NCBI GenBank assembly: GCA_024685545.1
Contig: JAIKVR010000009.1
Span: 19,828-83,827 of the forward strand
DNA from: Eubacteriales bacterium
GTDB taxonomy: Bacteria; Bacillota; Clostridia; Eubacteriales; Anaerofustaceae
DNA: 64,000 nt
Direction of reading: 5' to 3'
Part shown: piece by piece, positions 52,267-60,210 of the stretch
Numbering within the stretch: the first letter of the stretch is position 1
Layout of the letters: every line of letters starts with the position of its first letter
The notes under the pieces: model-generated
Seen by the model: only the letters and a program-made list of their open reading frames with translations
Told to the model about the DNA's origin: nothing
Databases searched by the model: none
Program-made: the position numbers and the translations under genes

Positions 52267-53898
52267 TCACTCCGCGCTTATTATGTAATAGTACAGAGGC
52301 TGTCCACCGTCGATCGCTTCAAAATCCACTTCCGGGTATTTTGCCGCGATCCTCGCCTTAAGGGCCTCTGCCTCTTCCGGGGTCACGTTGTCTCCGTAAT
52401 ATAGGGAAACGAGACCAGCAGGCTCTTCAACGAGCTTGTCCACGATCTCGGAAGCCGCTACGTCCACATCCCTGCCTGCGGAGACTATCTCCCCGTCCAT
52501 GATGCCGATCACATCATCCTTGTGTACGTCAACGCCTCCGACAGTGGTATCCCTGACAGCAAAGGTGACCTGGGCGGTCCTTACTAAGGAAAAAGCCTCG
52601 GCCATGTTTGCGATATTGACATCCGCAGCCTGAGATGGATCAAAGCTCATAAGGGCGGTGATTGCCTGCGGCATATTTTTGGTCTCCAGGACGTGTACGT
52701 TCTTTTGGCTGACATCTCTGGCCTGGTTGCATGCCATTATGATGTTTTTATTGTTGGGCAAAAGGATATAATCCTTCGCATTGGTCTTTTCAATGATATC
52801 AATGAACTGCTGGGTAGACGGGTTCATGGTCTGTCCGCCGCTGATAATATAGTTCACGCCCAGATCGCGCAATATCTCATCAAAGCCCTTGCCAGGAGAT
52901 ACCGCGATGATGACGTAATCTGTCGGTGCCTTGTCTGGAGTGACTGACCCTGTGGCGGCCTCATCTTCATTCATCTCGCCGAAGATCTCATTATGCTGTT
53001 CCTTCATATTCTCAATCTTAATGCGTATGAATTCACCGGCTGCACTGGCTGTCTTCATGACGTTCCAGGGCTCGTTGGAATGGACATGGATCTTTATAAT
53101 TCCGCTGTCTTCGATGACAAGAAGGGAATCACCTATCTTCATCAGCTTATCGATGAGCTGCTTGCGGTACTGTTTCTTGCCGTCCGTACGTATAAGCAGT
53201 TCTGTACAGTAGGCAAATTTGATATCGCTGTTGACATTGCTGTCAAACTGAGCGGTGACTCCTGATCCTTCAGCGTTCTTCAATCTCACGGGATTGCCCT
53301 CCAGAGCTGCCAACGCACCTTTCATGATGCACATGAGCCCTGCTCCACCCGCATCCACCACACCTGCTTCCTTCAGGACCGGAAGCATCTCGGGTGTTTC
53401 CGCCAGCGCTTCTTCACCAGCTTTGACCAGCTCTTTCATAAACTCTGCGGGATCAGAGTATTTGTCGACGTTATCTTCAGCGAATTCGCTCATCACGCGG
53501 GCAACGGTGAGTATTGTCCCTTCGGTAGGCTTCATCACAGCATTATAGGCTGCCTCCTTTGCCGTACCGAGAGCCCTGACGAGGACGCTTGGATTCATAT
53601 TGGCACTTCCCATGCAGCCTTTCGCAAAACCTCTGAGGAGTTGCGACAATATGACACCCGAATTACCTCTGGCTCCCATGAGAGCCCCAGAGGAGACCGA
53701 AAGAGCAACCTCTCCTACTCCTCCTGCCGCGTTTTCAGCTTCCCTGACCGCGCTCAGCATTGTGAGAGCCATATTTGTACCGGTATCTCCGTCAGGAACG
53801 GGGAAAACGTTCAGGTCGTTGACGGACTGTTTGTTGTTTTCCAGATTGGCGTATCCGCTTTCCAGCAATTCTTTGAATTTTTTTGAATCTACTGCCAT
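52267..53898 (-). CDS. DAK2 domain-containing protein (YloV-like)
   Basis: DLNVFPVPDGDTGTNM DAK2 motif. 543 aa. Conserved position between the asp23-like gene and recG. Confidence 0.9.
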   Translation of the reverse strand: MAVDSKKFKELLESGYANLENNKQSVNDLNVFPVPDGDTGTNMALTMLSAVREAENAAGGVGEVALSVSSGALMGARGNSGVILSQLLRGFAKGCMGSANMNPSVLVRALGTAKEAAYNAVMKPTEGTILTVARVMSEFAEDNVDKYSDPAEFMKELVKAGEEALAETPEMLPVLKEAGVVDAGGAGLMCIMKGALAALEGNPVRLKNAEGSGVTAQFDSNVNSDIKFAYCTELLIRTDGKKQYRKQLIDKLMKIGDSLLVIEDSGIIKIHVHSNEPWNVMKTASAAGEFIRIKIENMKEQHNEIFGEMNEDEAATGSVTPDKAPTDYVIIAVSPGKGFDEILRDLGVNYIISGGQTMNPSTQQFIDIIEKTNAKDYILLPNNKNIIMACNQARDVSQKNVHVLETKNMPQAITALMSFDPSQAADVNIANMAEAFSLVRTAQVTFAVRDTTVGGVDVHKDDVIGIMDGEIVSAGRDVDVAASEIVDKLVEEPAGLVSLYYGDNVTPEEAEALKARIAAKYPEVDFEAIDGGQPLYYYIISAE

Positions 53899-53908
53899 TT
53901 TTCCGCCT

Positions 53909-54253
53909 CTATATCCTTACGCTCGGTACGTGCACCGTCACCTTGCGAACCTTGTATCCTGTAACAGTTTCCACGTTATATTTCACAGCTTCGGCCAGGT
54001 TTTCCGAAACGGTCTCCATGTTGACCCCGAACTCCATGATAACGTACATATCCACGAGCACCTCTCCCGCCTCATTTACAGCAATCTTGACGCCCTTGGT
54101 CATATCGTTGCTGCCGAGAAGATAAACGATTCCGTCGGCACCGGGGATATTCGCCATGCCGACGACACCAAAACAGGTGTAAGCCGCTTCTCCTGCGACC
54201 CTCTTTATCTCTGCGGCAGTTTTTCTGTTCTCTCTATTTCTATCGAGATCCAT
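53909..54253 (-). CDS. Asp23/Gls24 family envelope stress response protein
   Basis: 114 aa. IAGEAAYTCFGVVGMA-type Asp23 pattern. GGAGGT SD. Confidence 0.9.
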   Translation of the reverse strand: MDLDRNRENRKTAAEIKRVAGEAAYTCFGVVGMANIPGADGIVYLLGSNDMTKGVKIAVNEAGEVLVDMYVIMEFGVNMETVSENLAEAVKYNVETVTGYKVRKVTVHVPSVRI

Positions 54254-54267
54254 ATGCTTACCTCCGC

Positions 54268-54299
54268 ATAAAAAACGAACCGGAGGTTTCCCTCCGGTT
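54268..54299 (-). terminator. intrinsic terminator after the PatB/MalY-type gene
   Basis: On the minus strand: AACCGGAGG-GAAA-CCTCCGGTT followed by CGTTTTTT. Confidence 0.75.
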
Positions 54300-54353
54300 G
54301 CATTATACCATATTATCGCGCGATATGAGTATATTTGCGTTTTTTATGAGCGT

Positions 54354-55520
54354 TCAGGACTTGACGGCCTTGGCGATTCGGTCGAAAGCGGTCTTGACGA
54401 CAGACAGCGGGCATGCCATGTTGACCCTGATGTAGCTGTCGCAGTTGTCGACGAAGCTCCTTCCGGACTCGATGACGACTCCGCCCTGTCCGATCTTCTT
54501 CTCAAGTTCATCATTGGAGTATCCGTAAGCTCCCAGTCCGATCCATGCCAGATAGGTGCCTTCGGGGATAGTGAAGACTGCATCGGGCAGTTCCTTGGCC
54601 AGGAATTCCTTTACATAAGCGAAGTTGCCGTCCAGATACTCTCTGAGCTCATCCAGCCAGTAAGCGCCTTGGGCGTACGCGGCTTTTGTCGCGGCGACGG
54701 ACAGCGGGTTCGATGATCCTCTGCCTCCGTTTGCCTGATAAGCCTTGCGTATCTCTTCATCGCGGATGAAGATGTTCGAATGTCCGTTGCCGGCCAGGTT
54801 GAAGGTCTTGCTGGGGGCCGTGCAGGTGACAATATTCTTGTCATCGGGGAAGAGTGAGGCGATGGGGGTGACCTTCTTGTCGCTTCTTGTGAGGTCAGCA
54901 TGGATCTCGTCAGATACGATAAAGACTCCGTTAGCCTGACAGATTTCATGGATCTTCGTCAGCTCTTCCACTGTCCAGATACGGCCTGTCGGGTTGTGCG
55001 GGTTGCACAGGATGAACATCGTGGTCTTGGGATCCTTGCACTTTTCTTCAAAATCCTCAAAGTCCATGGTGTAATAGCCGTTGGTGTTGATGAGCCTGTT
55101 GTAAAGGGCGTTTCTGCCTTCCGCCTGCTGAATGGCACCGAAGAAAGGTCCGTAGGAAGGAGTGGTGATGATGATATTGTCGCCTTCTTTGGTCAGAGCT
55201 CTTACGAGCACGTTGACGGCGGGAACGACACCGTTGGAGATGACGATCTCTTCTTTTTTGACTTCCAGACCGAAGCGCGTCTTGTACCAGTTGATGATAT
55301 TGTCATAATAACTGTCATCAAAAATACCGGTATAGCCTAGAATCTTTTTTTCGAGTCTTTCGTGCATTGCCTCGAGGATCTCGGGGGCTACCGCGAAGTC
55401 CATATCTGCGATGAACATCGGAATGGCATCGTCGGAAGCGTCGGGATAGAATCTCTTCATTCCGTCAAACTTTACGGAATCAGTTCCTTCCCTTGGAATG
55501 ATCTGGTCAAAATTATACAT
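54354..55520 (-). CDS. MalY/PatB family PLP-dependent C-S lyase (cystathionine beta-lyase type aminotransferase)
   Basis: REGTDSVKFD...MFIADMDFAVAPEI...LCNPHNPTGR...SPSKTFNLAG, with the PLP Lys in SKTFN. A TTGCAT-17-TATCAT promoter lies about 45 nt upstream. Confidence 0.85.
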   Translation of the reverse strand: MYNFDQIIPREGTDSVKFDGMKRFYPDASDDAIPMFIADMDFAVAPEILEAMHERLEKKILGYTGIFDDSYYDNIINWYKTRFGLEVKKEEIVISNGVVPAVNVLVRALTKEGDNIIITTPSYGPFFGAIQQAEGRNALYNRLINTNGYYTMDFEDFEEKCKDPKTTMFILCNPHNPTGRIWTVEELTKIHEICQANGVFIVSDEIHADLTRSDKKVTPIASLFPDDKNIVTCTAPSKTFNLAGNGHSNIFIRDEEIRKAYQANGGRGSSNPLSVAATKAAYAQGAYWLDELREYLDGNFAYVKEFLAKELPDAVFTIPEGTYLAWIGLGAYGYSNDELEKKIGQGGVVIESGRSFVDNCDSYIRVNMACPLSVVKTAFDRIAKAVKS

Positions 55521-55745
55521 TTTTCTCTCCTTTTCAAACGCCCAATGTAAAGCGCTACTATTCTAATGATACTTTTTTACAGCCATTCATGCAATAGAAG
55601 CTTTAAAAAATAAAGCAGTTCATCTAAATTAAATTCAAAAAAAGAATGCCTGCGCTTCGGATAACCCATCCTTGGCACGGGCATTGATCAGAACGGCAAA
55701 AACGGACCGAAATGAGGCGGCTTGTCTGTATTATATGAAGTCTTA

Positions 55746-56507
55746 TCAGTCAGTTATCTCTCCGGGCTCATATACAAATGTCTGCAGAAACTGTTTTGCG
55801 CGTTCTGTAGACGGCTGTGCGAAAAACTCTTCCGGTTCATAGCTCTCCTCGACGATAAGCCCGTTTTCCATGAATACTACACGGTCCGCGATCGCTTTGG
55901 CAAAAGACATTTCATGGGTGACAATAAGCATCGTGCTTCCGGAACGCGCCAAAGACAGCACCACATCGAGGACTTCCCTCACCATCTCGGGATCAAGCGC
56001 AGCGGTTATCTCGTCGAGCAGCATGATCTCGGGATGCATGCATAGGGCTCTTACTATGGCTACGCGCTGCTTCTGTCCTCCGGAAAGCTGCCTCGGATAA
56101 TCATTTCTGCGATCCAAAAGGCCTATTTTCTCAAGAAGAGCTGCCGCTTCCTCCTGAACTTCGGTCTTGGAACGCTTCTGGACTTTTACCGGGGCGAGTG
56201 TTATGTTCTCCATCACTGTCTTATGAGGAAAAAGATCATAGCTCTGGAAGACCATTCCTATCTTCTGCCGCACGAGCGAGATATCCTTCGTGTTTTTCAA
56301 TACCGGTTCCCCGTCAAGAAGGATCTGTCCACCCTGGATACTCTCAAGGGCATTGACACAGCGCAGCAGGGTGCTTTTCCCGCAGCCTGAAGGACCGATG
56401 ATGACGATCACTTCGCCTTTCCGCACGGAGAGGCTGAGATCCCGGATCACCGTATGTTCGCCGTAAGCTTTCCTCAAATGTTCGATCTTCAGTAAAGCAT
56501 CATCCAT
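55746..56507 (-). CDS. amino acid ABC transporter ATP-binding protein
   Basis: Walker A GPSGCGKST, signature LSGGQKQRVAI, Walker B MLLDE. Polar-amino-acid (GlnQ/TcyN-like) type. Confidence 0.9.
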   Translation of the reverse strand: MDDALLKIEHLRKAYGEHTVIRDLSLSVRKGEVIVIIGPSGCGKSTLLRCVNALESIQGGQILLDGEPVLKNTKDISLVRQKIGMVFQSYDLFPHKTVMENITLAPVKVQKRSKTEVQEEAAALLEKIGLLDRRNDYPRQLSGGQKQRVAIVRALCMHPEIMLLDEITAALDPEMVREVLDVVLSLARSGSTMLIVTHEMSFAKAIADRVVFMENGLIVEESYEPEEFFAQPSTERAKQFLQTFVYEPGEITD

Positions 56508-57184
56508 TACTCAGCCCACCTTTTCTCCAGATACGCAGCCGCTCTTCCGATCGGCCAGCAGACAATAAAGTACATCAGGAACACCACGGCGAATACGCCG
56601 AAAGCCGCATTCGGCGAAGTCCGCCTGTTGGCTTCGATGATCTGCTGGGCGACTTTCAGTACTTCAACCATCCCTATCATCATTATCAGGCTGGTCGTTT
56701 TGATAATTCTGGTGATCAGATTAATGGAAAGAGGGATCAACCTCCTCACTGTCTGTGGCAGGATCACATATTGGAACACGCTCTTTTCATCCATTCCCAG
56801 CGCACGCGCGCTGTCGTACTGGATCTTTGGAATGCTGATAAGCGCGCCACGGACCAGATCTCCCATTTCAGCGGTGCCCCAGAAACTGAAGACGATGACA
56901 GCGGCATATTCTGCGGACAGATTCCAGCCGAAGACCCTGGTGGTCCCGAAATAGACGATGAAAAGCAGCACCATCTGCGGCATGATGCGGACGGTCTCAA
57001 GATATACACGGAATATCCCCTGTATTATCCTGTTCTTCCCCGCCATGAGGATCCCCATAAAGATGCCGAGGAGGATGCTTACCGCAGATGAGATTAGGCT
57101 GACACGGGCGGCTACCCATAATCCTTCCAGAAGGCGCGCGAAATTCTTCCCTTTGAACAGAACGTCAATCCCCAAACTCTGCAT
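56507..57184 (-). CDS. amino acid ABC transporter permease
   Basis: HisM/GlnP-like permease with an EAA-type loop (DSARALGM...PQTVRR). ATG 57184 follows GGAGG. Confidence 0.85.
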   Translation of the reverse strand: MQSLGIDVLFKGKNFARLLEGLWVAARVSLISSAVSILLGIFMGILMAGKNRIIQGIFRVYLETVRIMPQMVLLFIVYFGTTRVFGWNLSAEYAAVIVFSFWGTAEMGDLVRGALISIPKIQYDSARALGMDEKSVFQYVILPQTVRRLIPLSINLITRIIKTTSLIMMIGMVEVLKVAQQIIEANRRTSPNAAFGVFAVVFLMYFIVCWPIGRAAAYLEKRWAE

Positions 57185-57824
57185 GCCGGAGCCTCCTTTC
57201 CAAAACATAGCCCAGAAGCGATACGGGCAGCAGCATTATCAGGTAGAAAATGACCAGCAGAGTCAGGCACTCCAGCGTCTTCGCGTACATGCCGATAAGA
57301 TCCTTTGCGGTAAACATGAGATCCATAAGGCTGATCGTTGAAAACACACTGGTCTCCTTCAACAGGAAGATCACATTCGCAAGGATGCCGGGCACGCTGT
57401 ATGTGACTGCCTGCGGGAAAATCACAAATCGGAAAGCCTGATAGCGGTTCATGCCTAGGCTCTCGGCACTCTCTTCCTGTATTTTGGCGACGCTCTCCAG
57501 ACCGCTGCGCAGTGTCTCCGACATATAAGCCCCGCCTAGCAGTCCAAGACCGAGGCTTCCGCAGAATTCAGCGGAGAGTCTGATGCCGATCTTGGGCAGT
57601 GCAAAGTAAATGAAGAAAAGCTGTACGAGAAGAGGCGTATTGCGGAACAGTCCGACATATGCCTTCACTATCGTCCGCAGAACCGGTATTCGGAAACGGA
57701 TGATCATCGCGCAGACCAGCCCTATCGCCAAAGCCAGGAAAACGCCATACCAGCCGATCCGTAACGTAAGAAACAGCGCGTCCCTGTACAGCGGCAGGTA
57801 CTGTCTTATTATTTCCATATCCAT
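57165..57824 (-). CDS. amino acid ABC transporter permease
   Basis: Second HisM/GlnP-like permease (EESAESLGMNRYQAFRFVIFPQA). Confidence 0.85.
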   Translation of the reverse strand: MDMEIIRQYLPLYRDALFLTLRIGWYGVFLALAIGLVCAMIIRFRIPVLRTIVKAYVGLFRNTPLLVQLFFIYFALPKIGIRLSAEFCGSLGLGLLGGAYMSETLRSGLESVAKIQEESAESLGMNRYQAFRFVIFPQAVTYSVPGILANVIFLLKETSVFSTISLMDLMFTAKDLIGMYAKTLECLTLLVIFYLIMLLPVSLLGYVLERRLRHAEFGD

Positions 57825-57871
57825 TGCCGATCATCTCCAATCTTTCATGACAAGCAGCAGTCATGCCTGCT

Positions 57872-57915
57872 TTGCCTATCACTGCTGCCTATAAACGGAC
57901 AGCAGTGACAGGCAA
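57872..57915 (-). promoter_or_regulatory. intercistronic 16-bp stem-loop between the binding-protein and permease genes
   Basis: On the minus strand: TTGCCTGTCACTGCTG-(12-nt loop)-CAGCAGTGATAGGCAA with one G-U pair and no U-tract after it. Confidence 0.6.
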
Positions 57916-57950
57916 AACTAATTTGATTTCAGTATATTCCCTGATCCGGA

Positions 57951-58811
57951 TCACTTGACAACGCCGCCTTCAACAACGAGCGTATCCTCATAGTCTTTAC
58001 CGTAGGTATCCAGCAGGGTCTCTTCGTAATCCTTATGGAAGAAATTCTCTTCGCCCAGAGCTTTTATCTCATCATTCAGCCAGTATAAAAGGCTCTCATT
58101 CCCTTTGGTCACTGCCGGAGCGATAGTATCCTGGCTTCCGAGGGACGGTATCCCCACAACATACCCTTCATTCTCAATGGCGAATGCGATCACTTCCGTA
58201 TTGTCGTTTGCCCAGGCGACACCGTTGCGGTTCTCAAACGCGGTTTTCGCAGCCGCATAGGTATCATATTTCTGAAGCTTAATCTCCGGATAGTTCTTTT
58301 CCAGATATGTTTCTGCCGTTGTCCCGGAGATTACGATCACTTCATCGTCCGGCCCGATCTGATCCAGGCTTTCGATTACCGCGTCCGAGGGAGAGACGAT
58401 GCCAAGCGCCACGTTCATATACGGGAGTGCAAAATCCACTTCTTCTGCCCTTTCCGGTGTAACTGTGAAATTGGCGAGGATTATATCGACTTTCCCTGTC
58501 TGAAGATATTCTATCCGGTTTGCAGCTTCTGTCGAGACAAAATTAATGTCCACTCCGAGATCTTTACCGATCCTATAAGCAAAGTATACATCATAGCCCT
58601 GATAATCCCCATATTCATCTACATATCCAAACGGGCTTTTATCCGAGAAGACACCGATATTGATGACTCCGCTCTTTTTTATCTCATCCACTGTTCTGTA
58701 TGCCGGTGCTGACGGATCGCCGCTTCCGCTGCCGCATCCGGCCAGAAGAACAATGATCAATCCAAAACTCAGTATTGCCGCGCTTACGCGCTTAATTGTA
58801 ATTCTTTTCAT
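57951..58811 (-). CDS. amino acid ABC transporter substrate-binding lipoprotein (family 3 SBP)
   Basis: Signal peptide with lipobox LLAGC and a type-3 SBP pattern (GVFSDKSPFGY...DIILANFTVTPERA). GGAGG SD. Confidence 0.85.
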   Translation of the reverse strand: MKRITIKRVSAAILSFGLIIVLLAGCGSGSGDPSAPAYRTVDEIKKSGVINIGVFSDKSPFGYVDEYGDYQGYDVYFAYRIGKDLGVDINFVSTEAANRIEYLQTGKVDIILANFTVTPERAEEVDFALPYMNVALGIVSPSDAVIESLDQIGPDDEVIVISGTTAETYLEKNYPEIKLQKYDTYAAAKTAFENRNGVAWANDNTEVIAFAIENEGYVVGIPSLGSQDTIAPAVTKGNESLLYWLNDEIKALGEENFFHKDYEETLLDTYGKDYEDTLVVEGGVVK

Positions 58812-59077
58812 AATTTTCCTCCATGATATGATTGCTCAGTGTTTTTCACTGACTGGCCCGACAAGAGCCTGCTGAAAATGATTCCTTGTGACTTATCTTC
58901 CGTATAAACGCTGATTTTCGCATCTGCATCTGAAGACGGGAAATGGCGTTTCCCGATCAGAAAAGTCATCCATACAATACGTTTTCCTGCATAGAACTTA
59001 AGGCAAGGACTATCCATTCACGCGATAAACTGCAATTCCTATGTTTTAGTTTCCGACATATCGCCACCTCAGCTCTA

Positions 59078-59138
59078 ATAATACAAAACTCCCGCCTGTT
59101 AGGATACTGATCAGTCAGTTTCAAAACAGGCGGGAGTT
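59078..59138 (-). terminator. strong intrinsic terminator inside the ABC-operon leader (attenuator candidate)
   Basis: On the minus strand a perfect 14-bp stem AACTCCCGCCTGTT (59138-59125) / AACAGGCGGGAGTT (59100-59087) with a 24-nt loop is followed by TTGTATTATT. Confidence 0.75.
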
Positions 59139-59349
59139 ATCAAAATGATATTGTTTGCTCAGAATCTAGCCGCAAAATCATCCGCCTGTGTCCCCGGGAC
59201 ACAGACAGCACATGTTATGATTATGAACGGAAGACCGGAGACTTACAGAGTTCACAGCGTTATTAAGTCCTTTCAATGGCATATGCGTTTCGATGAATAT
59301 TCCATTTGCCCCAGCTGAAGAAACACACAATTCCTATCAGCTCGGTATG

Positions 59350-59379
59350 AATATACCAATTCCAAGCTGTATTTGTCAA
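59350..59379 (-). promoter_or_regulatory. near-consensus promoter heading the ABC-operon leader
   Basis: On the minus strand: TTGACA (59379-59374), an 18-nt spacer, then extended -10 TGgTATATT (59358-59350). Confidence 0.6.
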
Positions 59380-59538
59380 TAGCAGAGCGCACAATAATTA
59401 ATTATCCGGTTCTGACATATAATGGACCCTGTGGCTTTACAACCATTCTCAGCCATTTCTGTAGGATATCATGGATCACTGAGGCCCTTTATATGACAGG
59501 ACCTTTTCAGATATCCCTTTTCTGATGACTGTTAAGGA

Positions 59539-59952
59539 TTATTTCCTGAATGCGTAGCTTTTCAGTATGGTTATTATCTCCCGCATGGATTTCCTGTCGT
59601 TTTCATCCATTTTCTTGCTGTCGGAAATACTGTATGACTCTTTCCCGGCACCGGAAAAGTATATCGAGAGTTTATTCCTAGGCGCATCGAGAACGATTTC
59701 ATCTGTATAGCCGAGATTGTTCCACTCTCTGTAATTCGATCCGTCAAGCGCTTTCAGCAGTTCTTCCCTTACGTGCTTTCTCCTGGACAGTCTAGCCCTT
59801 TTCCTTCTGATCCTTGAGCCCCAGTAAGCCTGTTTTTCAGCTTTGATTATGCAGGAACCGTTCTCCCTGATTTCAAGGATGATCTCCTCATGTCCGCCGT
59901 CCATCCCGCCGACTTTATTGAACTCCGCCCGCGTCAAAGTCATATCTGCCAT
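59539..59952 (-). CDS. hypothetical protein (137 aa, central Arg/Lys-rich stretch)
   Basis: ATG 59952 follows GGAGGAG. The sequence MADMTLTRAEFNKVGGMDGGHEEIILEIRENGSC...RIRRKRARLSRRKHVREELL... matches no family I recognise. It has its own TGaTATAAT element about 75 nt upstream. Confidence 0.5.
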   Translation of the reverse strand: MADMTLTRAEFNKVGGMDGGHEEIILEIRENGSCIIKAEKQAYWGSRIRRKRARLSRRKHVREELLKALDGSNYREWNNLGYTDEIVLDAPRNKLSIYFSGAGKESYSISDSKKMDENDRKSMREIITILKSYAFRK

Positions 59953-60150
59953 CTTCTCCTCCATGATTTATCAATAACACATGTATGCTCGTAACTACAG
60001 TTATGATTCATTAACATCACTATATTATGATTATATCAAGCAGCCCGATAATCCAGATCATGAAATGAACTCGGTCAAGGGTGCTTACTGTTTACTTAAT
60101 GAGAGATTGAACGAACCGAACCCAACATATGATGATGGAGAAAAGCTGAT

Positions 60151-60189
60151 AATAAACTCTGGTCGGTGTCATAGGAGTACCGATCAGAG
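60151..60189 (-). terminator. putative terminator after the HipA-like gene
   Basis: On the minus strand: CTCTGATCGG-(13-nt loop)-CCGACCAGAG (one mismatch) followed by TTTATT. Confidence 0.5.
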
Positions 60190-60210
60190 TCACCTTCGAT
60201 TTCATCTGCA

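Noticed and set aside
59050-59350. A possible T-box, SAM-I (S-box) or other known riboswitch in the ABC-operon leader.
   Set aside because: I looked for the T-box 14-mer (GGGTGGTACCGCG-like), specifier/AGAGA/GNUGG elements, the S-box core, the L-box, glycine, TPP, purine, c-di-GMP-I, ykkC and ZTP cores. I found only weak partial resemblances (for example GAGGTGGCGATATG at about 59058-59071, downstream of the terminator). It is kept as an unclassified element rather than called as a known class.
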